The notes beneath the pieces were generated by a model that searched no databases, had not been told where the DNA came from, and worked only from the letters and a program-made list of their open reading frames with translations. Shown here piece by piece: positions 1 through 13,420 of a stretch of 64,000 nucleotides of DNA. The translations under genes were made by a program, and so were the position numbers. Each line of letters starts with the position of its first letter. Position 1 is the first letter of the stretch. The stretch is from Amphiscolops sp. MND2022 (lineage: Eukaryota): positions 59,522,001-59,586,000 of the forward strand of contig OZ076409.1 in NCBI GenBank assembly GCA_964187785.1, read 5' to 3'.

Positions 1-103
1 ATTCATTTTTTGAAACAAGTTAGGGGAGGGTATTGGAAAAGAGCTGCTAACTTGGTCGATGGTGACGATATAGATTGGTTGCAGAAACACACAGCAACTC
101 TCT

Positions 104-743
104 TTTTTAGTCGGCGCTTTTCTAGAAAAAAGAGTTGACTATAGTCATGGCTTTTCGTCGGTGTTTTTAGTCGGCGCTTCATGAAGTGAAACGCGACTAT
201 TATAGTGACTCTTTCTATCCACACATAGTGACTTTCTATCCACACGAACTGACCAAAATAGTTCTTAAAAGTTCTACCAAATATTATTGCACCAAATAGC
301 ACCATTTGGCCTAGCGAACTGAACCAAAAAAGTTCTTCCTGTTTTTCCGCGTAACATAACATACCGGGCGCGACCAAAGGGTCCCCTTTTCATTTTTTTT
401 GGCACTGCGACTTTTTTTTCGGAAAATTTTTTCCCCAAAGGGTCCCCCTTCAATTTTTATGCTGTTTTGCGTCAGAATGGATGTTGGAAAATCCCAAAGG
501 GTCCCCCTTTCAGTTTTTCGGCATTGTGAAATTTTTTTTCGAAAATTTGTTTTTTCTACAAAGGGTCCCACCTTCAACTGCGACAAAAATGTTGACAATA
601 TCGGAAGTGTCCCCTTTTTAGCGCGCCACTCGGTCCATTTTTTGGTTTTTCGATTTTCGAGTACTGTAAATTTACACTTGGAAGTCCTTTTGCTATTTTT
701 GAGCCTTGGATATGGCGCCCACTTGGGCCGGTCCCGGCTTGTT
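104..743 (-). mobile_element. Non-autonomous Helentron/DINE-1-like element, family A (3' end duplicated at about 104-175)
   Basis: On the minus strand it begins AACAAG..AAGTGGGCGCCATATC and ends ..GCGCCGACTAAAAA. It contains internal AAGGGGGACCCTTT subrepeats, and the same ends recur more than 10 times in the window. A partial second copy follows at about 760-1140. Confidence 0.6.
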
Positions 744-2584
744 AAAATATTTTTAAAAATTTCGTTTTCGATACACCTGAAGTGACCAAAATAGTTCTAC
801 CAAAAGTTCCACAAAATTTTAAAATGCCATTGTTGGCCCAGGAAATTGAACCAAGAAGGTTTCCCGTGTAAAATACAATACCGGACGAGACCAAAGGGTC
901 CCCTTTCAGTTTTTTTTCGGCATTGCGACTTTTTTTCGGAAAAAATTTCCCCAAAGGGCCCCCTTCAATTTTTTGGAGTTTTGCGACAGAATGAATGTTG
1001 AAAAATGCGAAAGGTCCCTCCTTTCAATTTTTTTGGCATTGTGAGACTTTTTCAAAAAAAATTCGGATGCTGTAGATATACTTTGAAACTTTGAAGTCCT
1101 TTTGCTATTTTTGAGCCTGAGATATGGCGCCGACTTGTTTCCTTATTTCAACACTAACTAGAAACCAAGTCATTAAAAGAAGGAAGGACTAAAAGTTTCT
1201 AAGAAATTATATCTTCGTTTAGGCAAGCTCCAATCGAAATCTGAAATGAACCAAATGATTACCATTTTTGCGCATACTCCAAGTGGGATGGGAAAATAAA
1301 TCACCCAACAGCGTCAAATTGAATTATGAGGAAAATTTCACGGAAGGAAAAACTTTTTTAGTGTGGACGGTTCCTCTTTGGTGTGTTTATGACATTGCAC
1401 GACTTTTGTAGTTTGAGTTGGGTTTTCACCAATTAGCCCCAGGTCGGGTGTTAGCATCTAACCACTGTCGAAAACCTGTATCTTTTCAAATTGAACGTTG
1501 ATGACACCGTTTCGATAAATCCCAGTATTGAATGAATGATTGATGAATCCCAGTATCCCAGGTGTCCCAGCTATTACCAAGAGTCGGATATGGCCAGTGT
1601 TGAATTTTTGTGTCTTATCAGTTCAATCAATAAGATTACCACTTTTTGTTATAAAACATATAGTGACGGTAATTTCAATTATTAACGTTTTTCCAGGAAT
1701 ATCTTGCGAAGGCGAAGGCATGGGAAATACTTTCTTTCGAGTTGCCATTTTGAACCTTTTTGTGCAGATTTACAAGACTGTTTTTCAGATCTCTAGATAC
1801 TTTTTAAAGTTCAAATTCGGATGTTTTTGCCAAATAATTTGAGGCTGAAAGTCGTCTGTTTTTAGAAAGACGTATTAGCATAATATACGAAAAAACCGCA
1901 GTGCTACTGCGCTTCTTGTAATAACTATTCTATCATAGCTGATATTCGTTGCAAGTTCCTATTTTTGTTTTTTTTTCAGTTTTTGATTTCGTAATTGAAA
2001 TGTAGTTAGAAAAGTTGGCGACTTTTTTTCCAGTAATATATAGCTTGAAAACCAGAATGATGGAAAAGTATAGTTGTAATATATATATTTTTTTGAAATT
2101 CAAATCATTTGAAATGTCGACACCTTCAAGATTCCAAAATTTGAAGATCAAAAGTTTCTGTTTATTCCGAATAGTAACCACGACATGAACTACTGCGTGC
2201 TGAAAAACAGTAGATTCTTTCCTCTATCACTCACAATCAACGAGATAACAAATGTCGATATTTGCACGGCAGGCTACAGCTTTTTTTTCCATGAAGCAAA
2301 ACTTTGAACTTAAAAAACCCATCTCGTTGAGTCCATAGGAAAATGATTCGCTCGAAACGACCCTAACCTATAAGCTTAAGTGTCTCCCAAATTGAAACTT
2401 TTCCAGAAATTTCAATATTGATTCCCATTTCTTTCTCGGGGATTTTCAATTGTTTCTCAATGTTGAATACTTTTCTAATACTACTTCGTATTACTATAAA
2501 TGGATGCCTAGCTTGTAGAAATCAGTCAATGAAAGTGAATTATACGGACTTTTTCCATCATCAACTTGCAAATTATATGGTTAG

Positions 2585-2789
2585 AAAAGCGCGGTAGAAG
2601 CACAACAGGCGCTTTCTGAGTTGGGGAGTTGTGAATTATGGACCTCTGATTGCGACATATATGACTCATCTGTACCCAATATGGGCAGAGTGGACAGTGA
2701 TTTGACGTCATCCCAATTCACACAGATCAACCCAAAATGGTCACCTAATTTTAATAAAGTTGCTGAAAAACACGATGACAATTCAAAAA
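2585..2789 (+). CDS. Penultimate exon of an unidentified gene (KSAVEAQQALSELGSC...HDDNSK)
   Basis: TTAG acceptor ends at 2584, 205-nt open frame, phase-1 donor GTCAGT at 2790 that fits the next exon. Confidence 0.5.
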
Positions 2790-3105
2790 GTCAGTGCTCG
2801 TTTATCTTCATATTATTCGGTAATTAAAATTAGTCAAATGATTAGTTTTTTATGGTTTGGAAATTTTGAAATAGCTTTCAAAATCGGTTTTTCGATGGAA
2901 ACTTACTTCCATGAGATGGTTTGACATTGAATAACGCGCAAACTATTTTTCGATGAAAACCTGTGATAAAATTGTGACAAGCAGAATAATTGAGATTGGA
3001 GAAATATGAAAGATTTTTTTCATCAACTTTGAAAAATTGTCTTACAGGAACTTTTTTCACGAATAGAAACTCGTCAGTCCCAGCACTCTCTTTTTCAATG
3101 CACAG

Positions 3106-3497
3106 GAAATAAACCCGTGGGATCTGGAAAAGTGACCTCTTCACGACCTAACTTCCCCTCCGTGATCTCAAAAATGAACTCGAAAATGAACTCTGATAAT
3201 TTGGAGGAGTCAACTACAACCCATACATATACATATACGTCTAACCTGGCATCAAGTAGATCTCATGGATCATCTTTAAGCTCACCTTTCCGAATAACCA
3301 ATTCAAACTCTGTCACTTTAACCCGAAAAAGAAGAGAAAAAAAGGGCAAAATTAAATCACACAAACACAAAAAACACGGAGAAAGCTACAGTTCCGAGCG
3401 AAGTGGATCGTTTCAAACGCGAAAGGAAAGACGGAAGAGAAGGAAACGAAAAAAGAAATTAAAGAGAAGCGTTTTTTCTCTAAATGAAATTTATTGA
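3106..3497 (+). CDS. Last exon of the same unidentified gene; Ser/Thr-rich then Lys/Arg-rich C-terminus
   Basis: Pyrimidine-rich tract plus CAG ending at 3105; A+GA junction is in frame with ORF 3117-3497; stop at 3497; AATAAA at 3509-3514. Confidence 0.55.
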
Positions 3498-5781
3498 GTT
3501 TGGATTATAATAAATTAAAAAATTGAAAGTTGTTTTCACAATCGACGCGCGAAATTGTCTTGTGATATCTTTGCAAGGTTGTTACAATAATGCGAAAACA
3601 TCATCGATTCGGAAAAGAAAAGTTGAAGCCCCGATGATCTGAAAACTAAATTTCCAAAAACGATATAACTTCATTCGACGTTTTTGAAAAGTTTTTCTGA
3701 ACCTCGCATGGAAAAGACCAATATATTGTTTAAACGTATTCAACTTTGTTATTGGTTCCATTTCAATGTCGAGCCAATCCAAAATGCATCTAGAACTATT
3801 TTACAAGGCTAGACGGTAGAACGAGATCCCTTATGGGACTTTTTTGGCACTGTGATTTTTTCCATTTCATTCAAAGGTTTTCATTTTGAATTTTTCTGTT
3901 TCCGGTCAAAGATAAGCCTCCGGTTGCCTGGAAGTAACTTTCGTGAAGTAATCATTACGATACACTCCATTACACTCATTGACACAGCTACACCTTCCAA
4001 GGGTAGACCGTTTGGACTGAACGGCGATGAATGAACATTTTACGGATTAACCAGATTACTCTGCGTGCCTGAAATCCATTTTACCGGGATGTGTATCGAA
4101 AAATACTTTTCCCCCAACTGGGAACAGCAAAAAACCTATCTTGCTCAACCGGAAAACCTCTCGAAAAATGAAAAATTGAAAAAAAAATTCGCAAATTTTG
4201 AAGGTCTCCGGTAAGTCACAGTGTCGAAAACTCTATCGAACATTTCGATCATTTTTCACATATACAGGTGTCATTATAGAAAGACATCACTCGAGAAAGA
4301 GTTCTCTATGGCACGCAAAACGCTTCGTAACAATGAGAGGGGCTTCGTAAAAAACGAGTTACAAAACAGTCGTATAGCACCGAAAAAACGACAGTCTTAA
4401 ACAACTTCGTAAAGTATTGAAAAAAGTTGTTGGTGGATATGTATTGAGAAAATCTAATATCAGACAAAAAATGAGAAATTGGAACAGTCTCTTAGTACCA
4501 AAAAATTTGAAAAGGGACCCTTTGACACTTTTAACATCCATTCTGTTGCAAAATATTTTAAAACCTGAAGGGGGACCCTATAGAGAGGTTAAAAAATTAT
4601 CCAGAAAAAAAACAGAATTTTGAACAATCTCAGTTTTGGAAAATGCCCTTTGGGAGTTTTAACATCCATTCTTTCAAACTATCAAAAAATTGAAGGGGAG
4701 ACATTGGAAACCTTTATCTCCCCTAAATAAAACGAGATTTTGAAAAATTGAAAAATGAGAACTTTGAACAGTTTCATAGTGCCCCAAAAAATCTGAAAGG
4801 TAGATCCTTTGGATTTTTAAACATCCATTGTGCTGCAAAATATGAAAAAATTGGTGAACTTTGGGAGACATTAAAAATTTTTCTAGAAAAAATCTCATAA
4901 AACCAAAAAAGAGAAATTTCTGCTGTGGAATAGTTTTGCATTTCATGTTAGAGGCTTTGGATGCGTTCAAAATCAAGTACAAAGTACTCATGGTAAAAGT
5001 GCACAGTGCACAAAAAGTAAACCGATTGCGTTGAACTGACGAAAAAAATCAATCGTGAAAAAGGTCAAATTCTCAGTCAACTTGCTGGGAAGTGCTTAGG
5101 TTGGCGCCCTGCTGAACGCTAATGAAGAGCAAGGCCTAGTAAACATGCTCAGACTCAGATTTTTTCGAAATTTCTCTTTAACCCCCAGTGCCAATTGGAG
5201 CCCTGTAGTGAAAAAAATGGAAAGTGTACCGTGCTAAACAAAACCCAAAAGGGGCCCGGAAAACGCTTCTCAACTGAAAATAACAGACAAATCAAAAGAA
5301 TTTTTTTGGAACCCAAACTTATTGACCCTTCATTGTTTTTCGTACACTGATTTTATGTTTTTCATAAAAAAACGCTTCAGAATTATCTGGAAAAAAATAG
5401 CCATTGCAGGATTCAAGTTTGTTTCGTTAATTTTTTGTCTTCGTTTTCACAGTAAAAATGCAGTCCGTGTAACAAGTTAATTCTCTGAATTTTAATGGAC
5501 AATTTATGAAATAAAACGTGACTTTTAGTGTTTTTTCGTGGTTTTTTCTTATTTAATCTATTTGATCGAAGTGGCCATTTCGAACAGAATACCGAAATTT
5601 TGCAAATTTTACAAAAATTCTACAAAATAGAAAATTGTTCGGAAGGTCCTTCCGTCAAATTTTGACGATGTTATTTGGATAAAAGAGGTTTAAAAACAGT
5701 ATATTCGATACTGAAAGCAACAAATTTTCAACTTTCCAAAAAGTCCCACTTTAGTTTTTTTCTTTGGTGCTTTTAATTGCG

Positions 5782-6277
5782 AACCAGAGCCGCATGAGCG
5801 GTAAAGGAGTCGGATTAGGACTTTTTCCTCTTGACGCGCTCGGTCAAGGAATATCAGTTATGCGTTTTTGGTGTAAAAATGGTCGTTTTTTGGTCATTTT
5901 TGGATACATTTTGCTTTGTTTCTCAAATCCCAGTAATACGATTTTGATGCCATTGCACACATAAGACCCCATAATGGTGTAGATTTGACTGTAGAAAATT
6001 TCGTTGGGATCGTATGGAGTTTTTGAGAAAATTGAGAAAAAGTCCTAAATTGGCAGCTTTTCCGCAATTTTTGGGCTAATTTTGGCTGTTTCTCACATCC
6101 CACTAATACGATTTTGGTGCCATAGCGCACGCAGGACAGACAACTTTTGGGCGTAGAATGACTGCAAAATTTATAAAAATCGTATGGACAGTTTTCGAGA
6201 AGTTTGCAATTTTCATTGAAAGGTCGGGAGAAAAAAGGTACTTCACAAGCAGTCAAAAATTTTTCCCGACTCCTAAA
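5782..6277 (+). mobile_element. Non-autonomous element family B (Helentron-like; GGAGTCGG ... CCGACTCC subterminal inverted repeats)
   Basis: Starts GAACCAGAGCCGCATG..GGAGTCGG and ends GGTCGGGAGAAAAAA..TTTTTCCCGACTCCTAAAA, with internal subrepeats of about 140 bp. Related copies at 6381-6540 and 30546-31125. Confidence 0.5.
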
Positions 6278-7653
6278 ATTTTTAACTCAAGAGGATTTCG
6301 CATTGGTTTTTTGATGTTTCTGGTGGGAAAAGAAGCAGCAGAGCTTTCATTTTTGTTGTTTCTGGAAAGAATAGGAGCAAAACCAGAGCCGCATGACTCG
6401 TATTAGGACTTTTTCCTTCTCACTCGCTCGAATCCCAGTCAATCCATAATGATGCCATTGGACACATAGGATCCTAATATGGTGTAGAATTTCGTTCGAA
6501 TCGTATGGACAGTTTTGAGAAAATTTCAATATTTCTTTCATTCTGAAAGTTATGCAGACCATATCAGAGACTATTTGTCGTCATTTTTTAACATTGGTGA
6601 ATTTCGAAGTGAACAAACTATTTCAATATAAATATCAAAACGTCAATTCTTTTCTTTAAAAAGACTTCCAAAAAAGGGCGATGTATTGGCACTGGTATTC
6701 TCCTAAAACTTGCCCTCAAAACCACAACTGGTAAATAGACTTTCAATGAAGTTTTCTTATTTCTTTGAATCGAGGTTTTTGAAAATAAAGGTGGGTTTTT
6801 ATCATCTCTAATCTGAAGGCGAGCAAGCTTTTGCATATATCACCTTGTTTGTATTGAGCTCAATTGATCAATTTCTAAAAGTATTAAAATCATCCACCTC
6901 AACCAATTGTGAAATGAAAATCCAAGCAACACTTGCAAAACTTTCGACAATTTTTACGGATTTTTCTTACTGGTTATCTTTATTACATTTCATTATTTCA
7001 TTGATATCATATTGTCACGTCATCACGGTTGTAAAGTATGTCGGGGTTTCACCTTATGCCCTTCACAACTCAATTAACCTTTGCAAAACCCGTTTCAGAT
7101 GCTATTATCGACCTCTGTACTGAACGACCATATTTTACCTATAGTTTCTCATTGCTTATTGTTTCCAATTCCCGCCCACAGCGAGTCAATTTGCGAGTCT
7201 TCGTGGGCAGTCTAAACTTCCTTTGTTTCAACTCGGAGGCTGAATTAATGGCAAGTTTTAAAACAACGCGCTTCTTAAAGCCTCACTGTAAAAAAAAATT
7301 AAGCGACAGCTGATTTTCAGCGTTTGAATTTCTGCGAATTAATGCCAACCATTGTCAAAACGTTAAAAATGTAATTGAATTGGACTTTTTCAATGGTTTG
7401 GTCGACTGAAACGTCAGGAGATTGACGTAAACGCATTGTAAGCGTTTTACAGCGCGTTTTATGCTTTTCACTGCTCATTTAACCAGCTGATGCAGAAATA
7501 CTAATTAAATATTTCGAGTAAGATTAAAACTAGTTTGCTAAGATTGATAGAAAACTTATCATAAATCAATTTGTATTCCTTATAGCAACAAATACCAGAA
7601 CAGGCCGTTCTTCCGCAGAACCTCGAATTGCAATGAAAAAATGCATTTGTACA

Positions 7654-8222
7654 TTACAAAGTTTTATACAAAGCATCGATGTTCTGAAACAATTCGACTG
7701 CACGTTTCAAAATACGTTCAGAGCTTGAGTCGTCTGTAGAACAAAGTTTATATTTTTGTTTCAATTTATCAGGGTGCCATCTTACTAGTTCCTTCTTCAA
7801 AATCTTTTTCGCTTCTTGAGGGTCTTTTTTTGACTCCACGTAACTTTTAATAATCTTGAAATCCAAAGCCGGATCATGAACACCAGGAAAATAAATTTTC
7901 TGAAACTGGCAGTTTTCTATTTCTTCTTTCAGAATAGAATTTCTCCGCATTTCCTGGATTCTCAGACCTTGTTGGTACTTCATATAGAGTTTTTGTAGCC
8001 TCAAAGTTGAATTAACTTTGGCTTTGGTCAAAAACGTTTGCGAGAGTTTGATCCGGTTTGCAGAATCATAGCTAGATTGAGATTTTGGTTTTTGCAGATG
8101 AGAAATTCGTTTGGTTTCAGCAGGGTCCTTCTTCCTAATCTTTTCGTGATATTCCTTTCCGATTCTGTCGCTCCAGGATGAATAGGTTTCAAATTGAGTC
8201 TCCGAAAAGGAAGATAGGTTTT
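7654..8222 (-). CDS. NFKBIL1: Last exon of an NF-kappa-B inhibitor-like protein 1 (NFKBIL1/IkBL)-like gene
   Basis: ETYSSWSDRIGKEYHEK resembles NFKBIL1 ESFSAWSDRLAREHAQK, and LKKELVRWHPDKLKQKY resembles the C-terminal VRWHPD motif. The acceptor TTTCAG is phase 1 and matches the donor at 9691. Confidence 0.75.
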
Positions 8223-9691
8223 CTGAAAGCAAAAGTTGAGAAACAAAAGAAACCAAGCTATTTCAAAAAGTTGATGATTTTTATCAAATAAAAATGCAGA
8301 AGTAACGTCATTTTAGGAAAACTAAGATTTACATTGACAATGAGGTTCGGTACTAAGAAAGCTTTCCAAAACTATTTGCATGGACACGGTCAAAAAACCA
8401 GTGGATTTTAAAAGTTTTATTTTCAGTTTGATATATTTCATCTTGAATGCTCGAACACATCATCCAAATAAATTTTGTCGCAATTCGCAATATAGTAAAA
8501 CACTGTATAGGACCCTAAAAAGAGAAAAAATGTTTTGGAAAAAATCCGATTTGTCACAAAGCAATTTTCGTATTTAGGGTCTTAACAGTGTTTCGATATA
8601 ATGCGATAAAATATATTTAAATAATGTTTTTTCGAAAATTCAAAATATAATATTTTTTTATAGCAACAAGTATCCAATATTTTCAGTGTCTGCTTTCGGG
8701 TCGTAGAATGGCTACTTTAGGATAGTAGTAGAACATACATAGTAGAACAAGAATTTAGCCAGTCGAAAATATTGTTCGAAACCATCGGAAAACTAGATAG
8801 CCTGTTATTTTGGAGGAATTCGTTTCCTTCTTCGTAATGAAATCGTTTTTGGGCGAAATACTTGTTATAGAAGTCGTTCAGCTGCGTTACATTGTCTCTT
8901 TTGGTTGTTGGTATTCAGCAATATAATTTCAATATACAATCATTTGTTTTTAACATGAAATAAAACATTCATTTCTGACTCAACATATATACATTATTTA
9001 CATCACTGGTCTTATAGCATCAGGTTGGGTCGTTTTAGGGATTCCAAGATTTTCTTTTGGTCTCTTTTATGAGACCTGAAAATATTCGAAAAACTTTTCA
9101 CCTTCAAATTGATGCGAGTTTCTGTGATTGAACAAAGAATCAGTGACCTCTTCTATTTGCAGCGGTCATTATGAAAACATCTTCATAAACTGAGTCTAAT
9201 TAGAAACTGATCGCGTAGTTATAGAACGATAAGGCTATGTGCTATGCGAGTTAATGATACATTTTGAGTAGAGATGTAATAGCAGCTATCGCAGCTTCCT
9301 TCAATTAGCGAGGAACTTGAAACTAACGAGGCAAATTGAAGTTCGAGATTAAAAGTTCATAGCTCTAAAATGAATCAAATCTTTCATGTATATTTTTACG
9401 CAGCTGATAGAAAAAATTCAATAACCGATGTGAAGAAAACCATTCTTTTGTAAGCAAAAGATACCGCAGGATAAAACTATCAACTTATTAACAATTGAAA
9501 TCTTTTTAACTGTATTATTCGACTGCATCAAATATATATTTTTTTCGCTGCTACTGAAAAATTTAGTCCAATTGTCCGAAAGACTCAAAAAAAGTTTTTT
9601 CTTGATAAATTAAATGATTTATTCAGAAAAACTAGCATGCAACTTTTGATACAAAAAGCGAATTGTTTGAATCAGGTCTTCTCTGACTTAC

Positions 9692-9773
9692 CATATTTTC
9701 CTTCTTTGAAGAAATGTTCATTATCTGCTTCCGTTCCAAGTTTTTCTCGCCAACATCTCTCGTCAGTTGTTTC
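9692..9773 (-). CDS. NFKBIL1: Internal exon of the NFKBIL1-like gene (ETTDERCWREKLGTEADNEHFFKEGKY)
   Basis: Resembles NFKBIL1 EREWRQKLQGELEDE. The strong GTAAGT donor (phase 1) joins in frame to 8222. The 5' boundary is uncertain. Confidence 0.6.
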
Positions 9774-10111
9774 CTCAAACAAGTACATTTACTTCCATTG
9801 GCACATGATGCGAAACCATCAAGAAAGCTTCTTAACGCTAAAAAGACTAGCGGTACTTTAGAGCAACCTACCTTTTTGTCAGTACCCCAGATTCTTTAGC
9901 AGTTTTTTTCAACACTTTGTTGATACGAAGTTTGATTTGAACGGCATTAGAAAAAATTAGTTCGTCTTCAAAACGGAGAAAAAGGGTTATACTTTGCCAA
10001 AATTCCCATTTTGGCAAAATCCAATGTTCTAATAAGTCTTTGACCCATAAAGAAAGATAACCCATACCTTTCCACAACAAAACTTTGAGCTATTAACTAA
10101 ATAAAATGCTG

Positions 10112-10664
10112 TTTTTAGTCGGCGCATTTTAACAAAATGTGCCCGACTAATACAGTGGCAAGTTTTTTTTCGTCAGACCACAGAATGTATGCGTAGTGGA
10201 CACTTTTTATACAGAACTACTAAAGTACTGGACCGGCAGGCGGAATCGCATCTAAGTCAGTGCAAAGGGTCCCCCCTTTCGTGCACTCAATTTTTAACGT
10301 AAGATACAAAACCGGACGGGACCCTTTGATTTGTTTTCGGCACTGAGACTTTTTCGAAATTTTCTTCGTCGCCAAAGGGTCCCCCTTCAAGTTTTTTGAT
10401 ATTTTGCAGCAAACTGAAGTTTCAAAAAGCTCAAAGAGTCCCATTTCTAGTTTTCGGCACTGTGAGACTTTCAAAATTCTTTTTTTTTTCCGAAAATTTT
10501 TTTCAAAAAAATTTTTGAATTTTTTTAATGTCTCCAAAGAGTCCCCCCTTCAATTTTTTGATATTCTGCAACAGACTGGATTATCAAAAAATCGCAAGGG
10601 TCCCCTTTTTACTAGTTTGAAAACTTTGCGCTTTTTCGCCTACTTTAGACGTTCCCGTCTTGTT
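10112..10664 (-). mobile_element. Family A Helentron-like copy
   Basis: AACAAGACGGGAACGTCTAAAG start and GCGCCGACTAAAAA end on the minus strand; very similar to the plus-strand copy at 40462-41027. Confidence 0.6.
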
Positions 10665-10955
10665 ATTACAAGCCCACGCGGCGGGCCGCAGGAAATGCAG
10701 AATGGCCGCGAAGCGGCGGTACTGAAAAAGAGAAACTAAAATTCTGAAGAATGGGGCGCGCGGCGGCAGGGGCTCACCTAATCAAAATGAAAGCCAGTAC
10801 CAGACCTTTCAAACGTACTATAGTTCATTTTTCTGGCATGCGTAGATGTGGATGATTGAAAATTTTGGTATTCGGAAAACTCGTCGAAAACAACTCGTCG
10901 AAAATAAAGGGCAGAAAAAACTGGTCGAAAATTAACTCGCCGAATAACAATTCAG

Positions 10956-12331
10956 TGCAAACTCGTCGAAATACTACAGAGTACAAACAAGGATTATTCA
11001 GTGCTAATTGTGCTAATTATGGATTTCCTTAATTGATTTTCGGTTTCGCGCATATATAGCTTCTCTGGTTATAAAATTGCTTGAAATATTTCACTTTTAT
11101 AGTTAACAGTGTAGTACTTCATAATAAGTTGGAACTTAATAACACAGTACGATCACAAAGTTAGCGCTATATTTGTCTGAGATTATTTTCTGTTCTTGAG
11201 ACGAGTTTTTTGCCGGAGAATTTTAGGCGAGTTGTTTTTCGACGAGTTTTCAGCCCAGTATTTTCGACGAGTTCTCCTATATTCTAAAATTTCAAATCCG
11301 ATTTTTCGAAAATTTGCAAAAACGGCCAAGTCAATTAGGATTAAGCCTCGGAGGAGCTCACAAATTTTAATCGAAGCTCGAGACAAAATCGAAACAAGTA
11401 GGCATAAGTACGAAAATCAAATTAGTTCAGCGAAACTTCAAGAAATCATGAAGTTTCGGGGAATCATGATTGATTTCGTTTTTATTGGGATAGTAAAAAC
11501 CGCGCCCAAGAAGCGGCAAACTTCTAGAAACCTTTAACCATTATTACCTGACAGAGTAAACTCTGATTAATAGAGTCTATGATACAATAGTTAGCTCGGT
11601 TAACAAGCTTATTCGTATTCAGTAATTTGAATACTGAATACTGAAAAGTTTGCAAACTCGTCGAAATACTACAGAGTACAAACAAGGATTATTCAGTGCT
11701 AATTGTGCTAATTATGGATTTACTTTCCTTAATTGATTTTCGGTTTCGCGCATATATAGCTTCTCTGGTTATGAAATTGCTTGAAATATTTCACTTTTAT
11801 AGTTAACAGTGTAGTACTTCATAATAAGTTGGAACTTAATAACACAGTACGATCACAAAGTTAGCGCTATATTTGTCTGAGATTATTTTCTGTTCTTGAG
11901 ACGAGTTTTTTGCCGGAGAATTTTAGGCGAGTTGTTTTTCGACGAGTTTTCAGCCCAGTATTTTCGACGAGTTCTCCTATATTCTAAAATTTCAAATCCG
12001 ATTTTTCGAAAATTTGCAAAAACGGCCAAGTCAATTAGGATTAAGCCTCGGAGGAGCTCACAAATTTTAATCGAAGCTCGAGACAAAATCGAAACAAGTA
12101 GGCATAAGTACGAAAATCAAATTAGTTCAGCGAAACTTCAAGAAATCATGAAGTTTCGGGGAATCATGATTGATTTCGTTTTTATTGGGATAGTAACAAC
12201 CGCGCCCAAGAAGCGGCAAACTTCTAGAAACCTTTAACCATTATTACCTGACAGAGTAAACTCTGATTAATAGAGTCTATGATACAATAGTTAGCTCGGT
12301 TAACAAGCTTATTCGTATTCAGTAATTTGAA
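10956..12331. repeat. Near-identical direct tandem duplication (units about 10956-11631 and 11651-12331)
   Basis: Units are identical by eye except for a 5-nt indel and two substitutions; ORFs are duplicated (11196/11896 and 11183/11883). Confidence 0.9.
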
Positions 12332-12900
12332 GGCTTCCGAGAGCCCCTGATGATGTATAATCAGAGCAATGATGTAACGTAAACAGGACACAGCTTCCGT
12401 TTCTTATTTCTTGCCAGGCAAAAATGCGAGTTGGAAAGTAGCAAACGTTGAATCTACACCATCAGTTATTTTTTTGCTTCAACTTCATTTTTGAATGCTT
12501 CAATAGTTTCTGGGCTGTTTTAAGCTTTCAAAGATCCCATTTGATGGTTTTCGGCGTTGCGAGACCGACAAATTCGAAGGAAACCTAAATTTACTTATTT
12601 TGAATTGATTTTACTCATTTTCGCATCCTGACAATGTTTTTCGTTGCTTGGTGGGCGTGAGGATAATTTTGACAGATGAATCTCAATTGTCATAAACGAA
12701 TAATTTAACATTGAAACAACGAGACAAAAATAAATTTTCGTTTCCATTCAATTTTATTATTTCACAGACAGACTACTGCTACACAGTGCTTTCCCTCAGT
12801 TCGTAAGAAAACCTAAAAACGTGTCTCCCATGCCAAGTTTTGTTTTGTTCGACGGAATTTAACAAATGCTCAGCTTGAATTATTTTCCCTGGGCTCCCAG

Positions 12901-13152
12901 CTAAATGTCTAATATTTGCCTACAAAATGGTCGCGATATTTTCGAAACTTCTTACCTTACAAGAACATTCAACGTTTTATAGTCAGCGCTTTTAATCAAG
13001 ACTAAAATCGCCTAAATTTCAACATGATGTTGATAGTTAGGCGATTTTAGTCTTGATTAAAAGCGCTGACTATAAAACGTTGAATGTTCTTGTAAGGTAA
13101 GAAGTTTCGAAAATATCGCGACCATTTTTGTAGGCAAATATTAGACATTTAG
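12901..13152. repeat. Near-perfect palindrome of about 250 bp (foldback/MITE-like)
   Basis: CTAAATGTCT...AATCGCCTAA arm is mirrored by TTAGGCGATT...AGACATTTAG; the central TCAACATGATGTTGA is also self-complementary. Confidence 0.85.
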
Positions 13153-13307
13153 TCCTGTTTAGCGACCTGTTTTTGTCGCATTCGTGTCTGTCTTGAAAAA
13201 AAGTGATGATCACCTTTAGCGACCTGTTTTCGTCGCATTCGTGTCTGTCTTGAAAAAAGGTATGATCACCTTTTTTCAAGACAGACACGAATGCGACAAA
13301 AACAGGT

Positions 13308-13420
13308 AGGGTGGCCGATATGGCAGTTGTGGTATAGTTGTTGGAGCGCTGGTTTCTGGAGCAGGAGGACTGGGTTCGATTCTCACAAGAGTCCAAGAAA
13401 TTACTGACTGCACCGCGTTT
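13308..13420 (+). mobile_element. tRNA-derived SINE head (degenerate)
   Basis: A-box-like TGGTATAGTTG and B-box GGTTCGATTC at tRNA-like spacing, with no complete cloverleaf. Confidence 0.45.

Noticed and set aside
3..954. Phe/Lys-rich ORFs here and in other family A copies (e.g. 10220-10739, 27118-27543, 38622-39004, 44569-45258)
   Set aside because: Chance ORFs in a non-coding repeat family; frames are not conserved between copies.
13308..13400. Functional tRNA gene (also 37338-37410)
   Set aside because: A and B boxes are present but acceptor and anticodon stems do not pair convincingly; treated as SINE heads.
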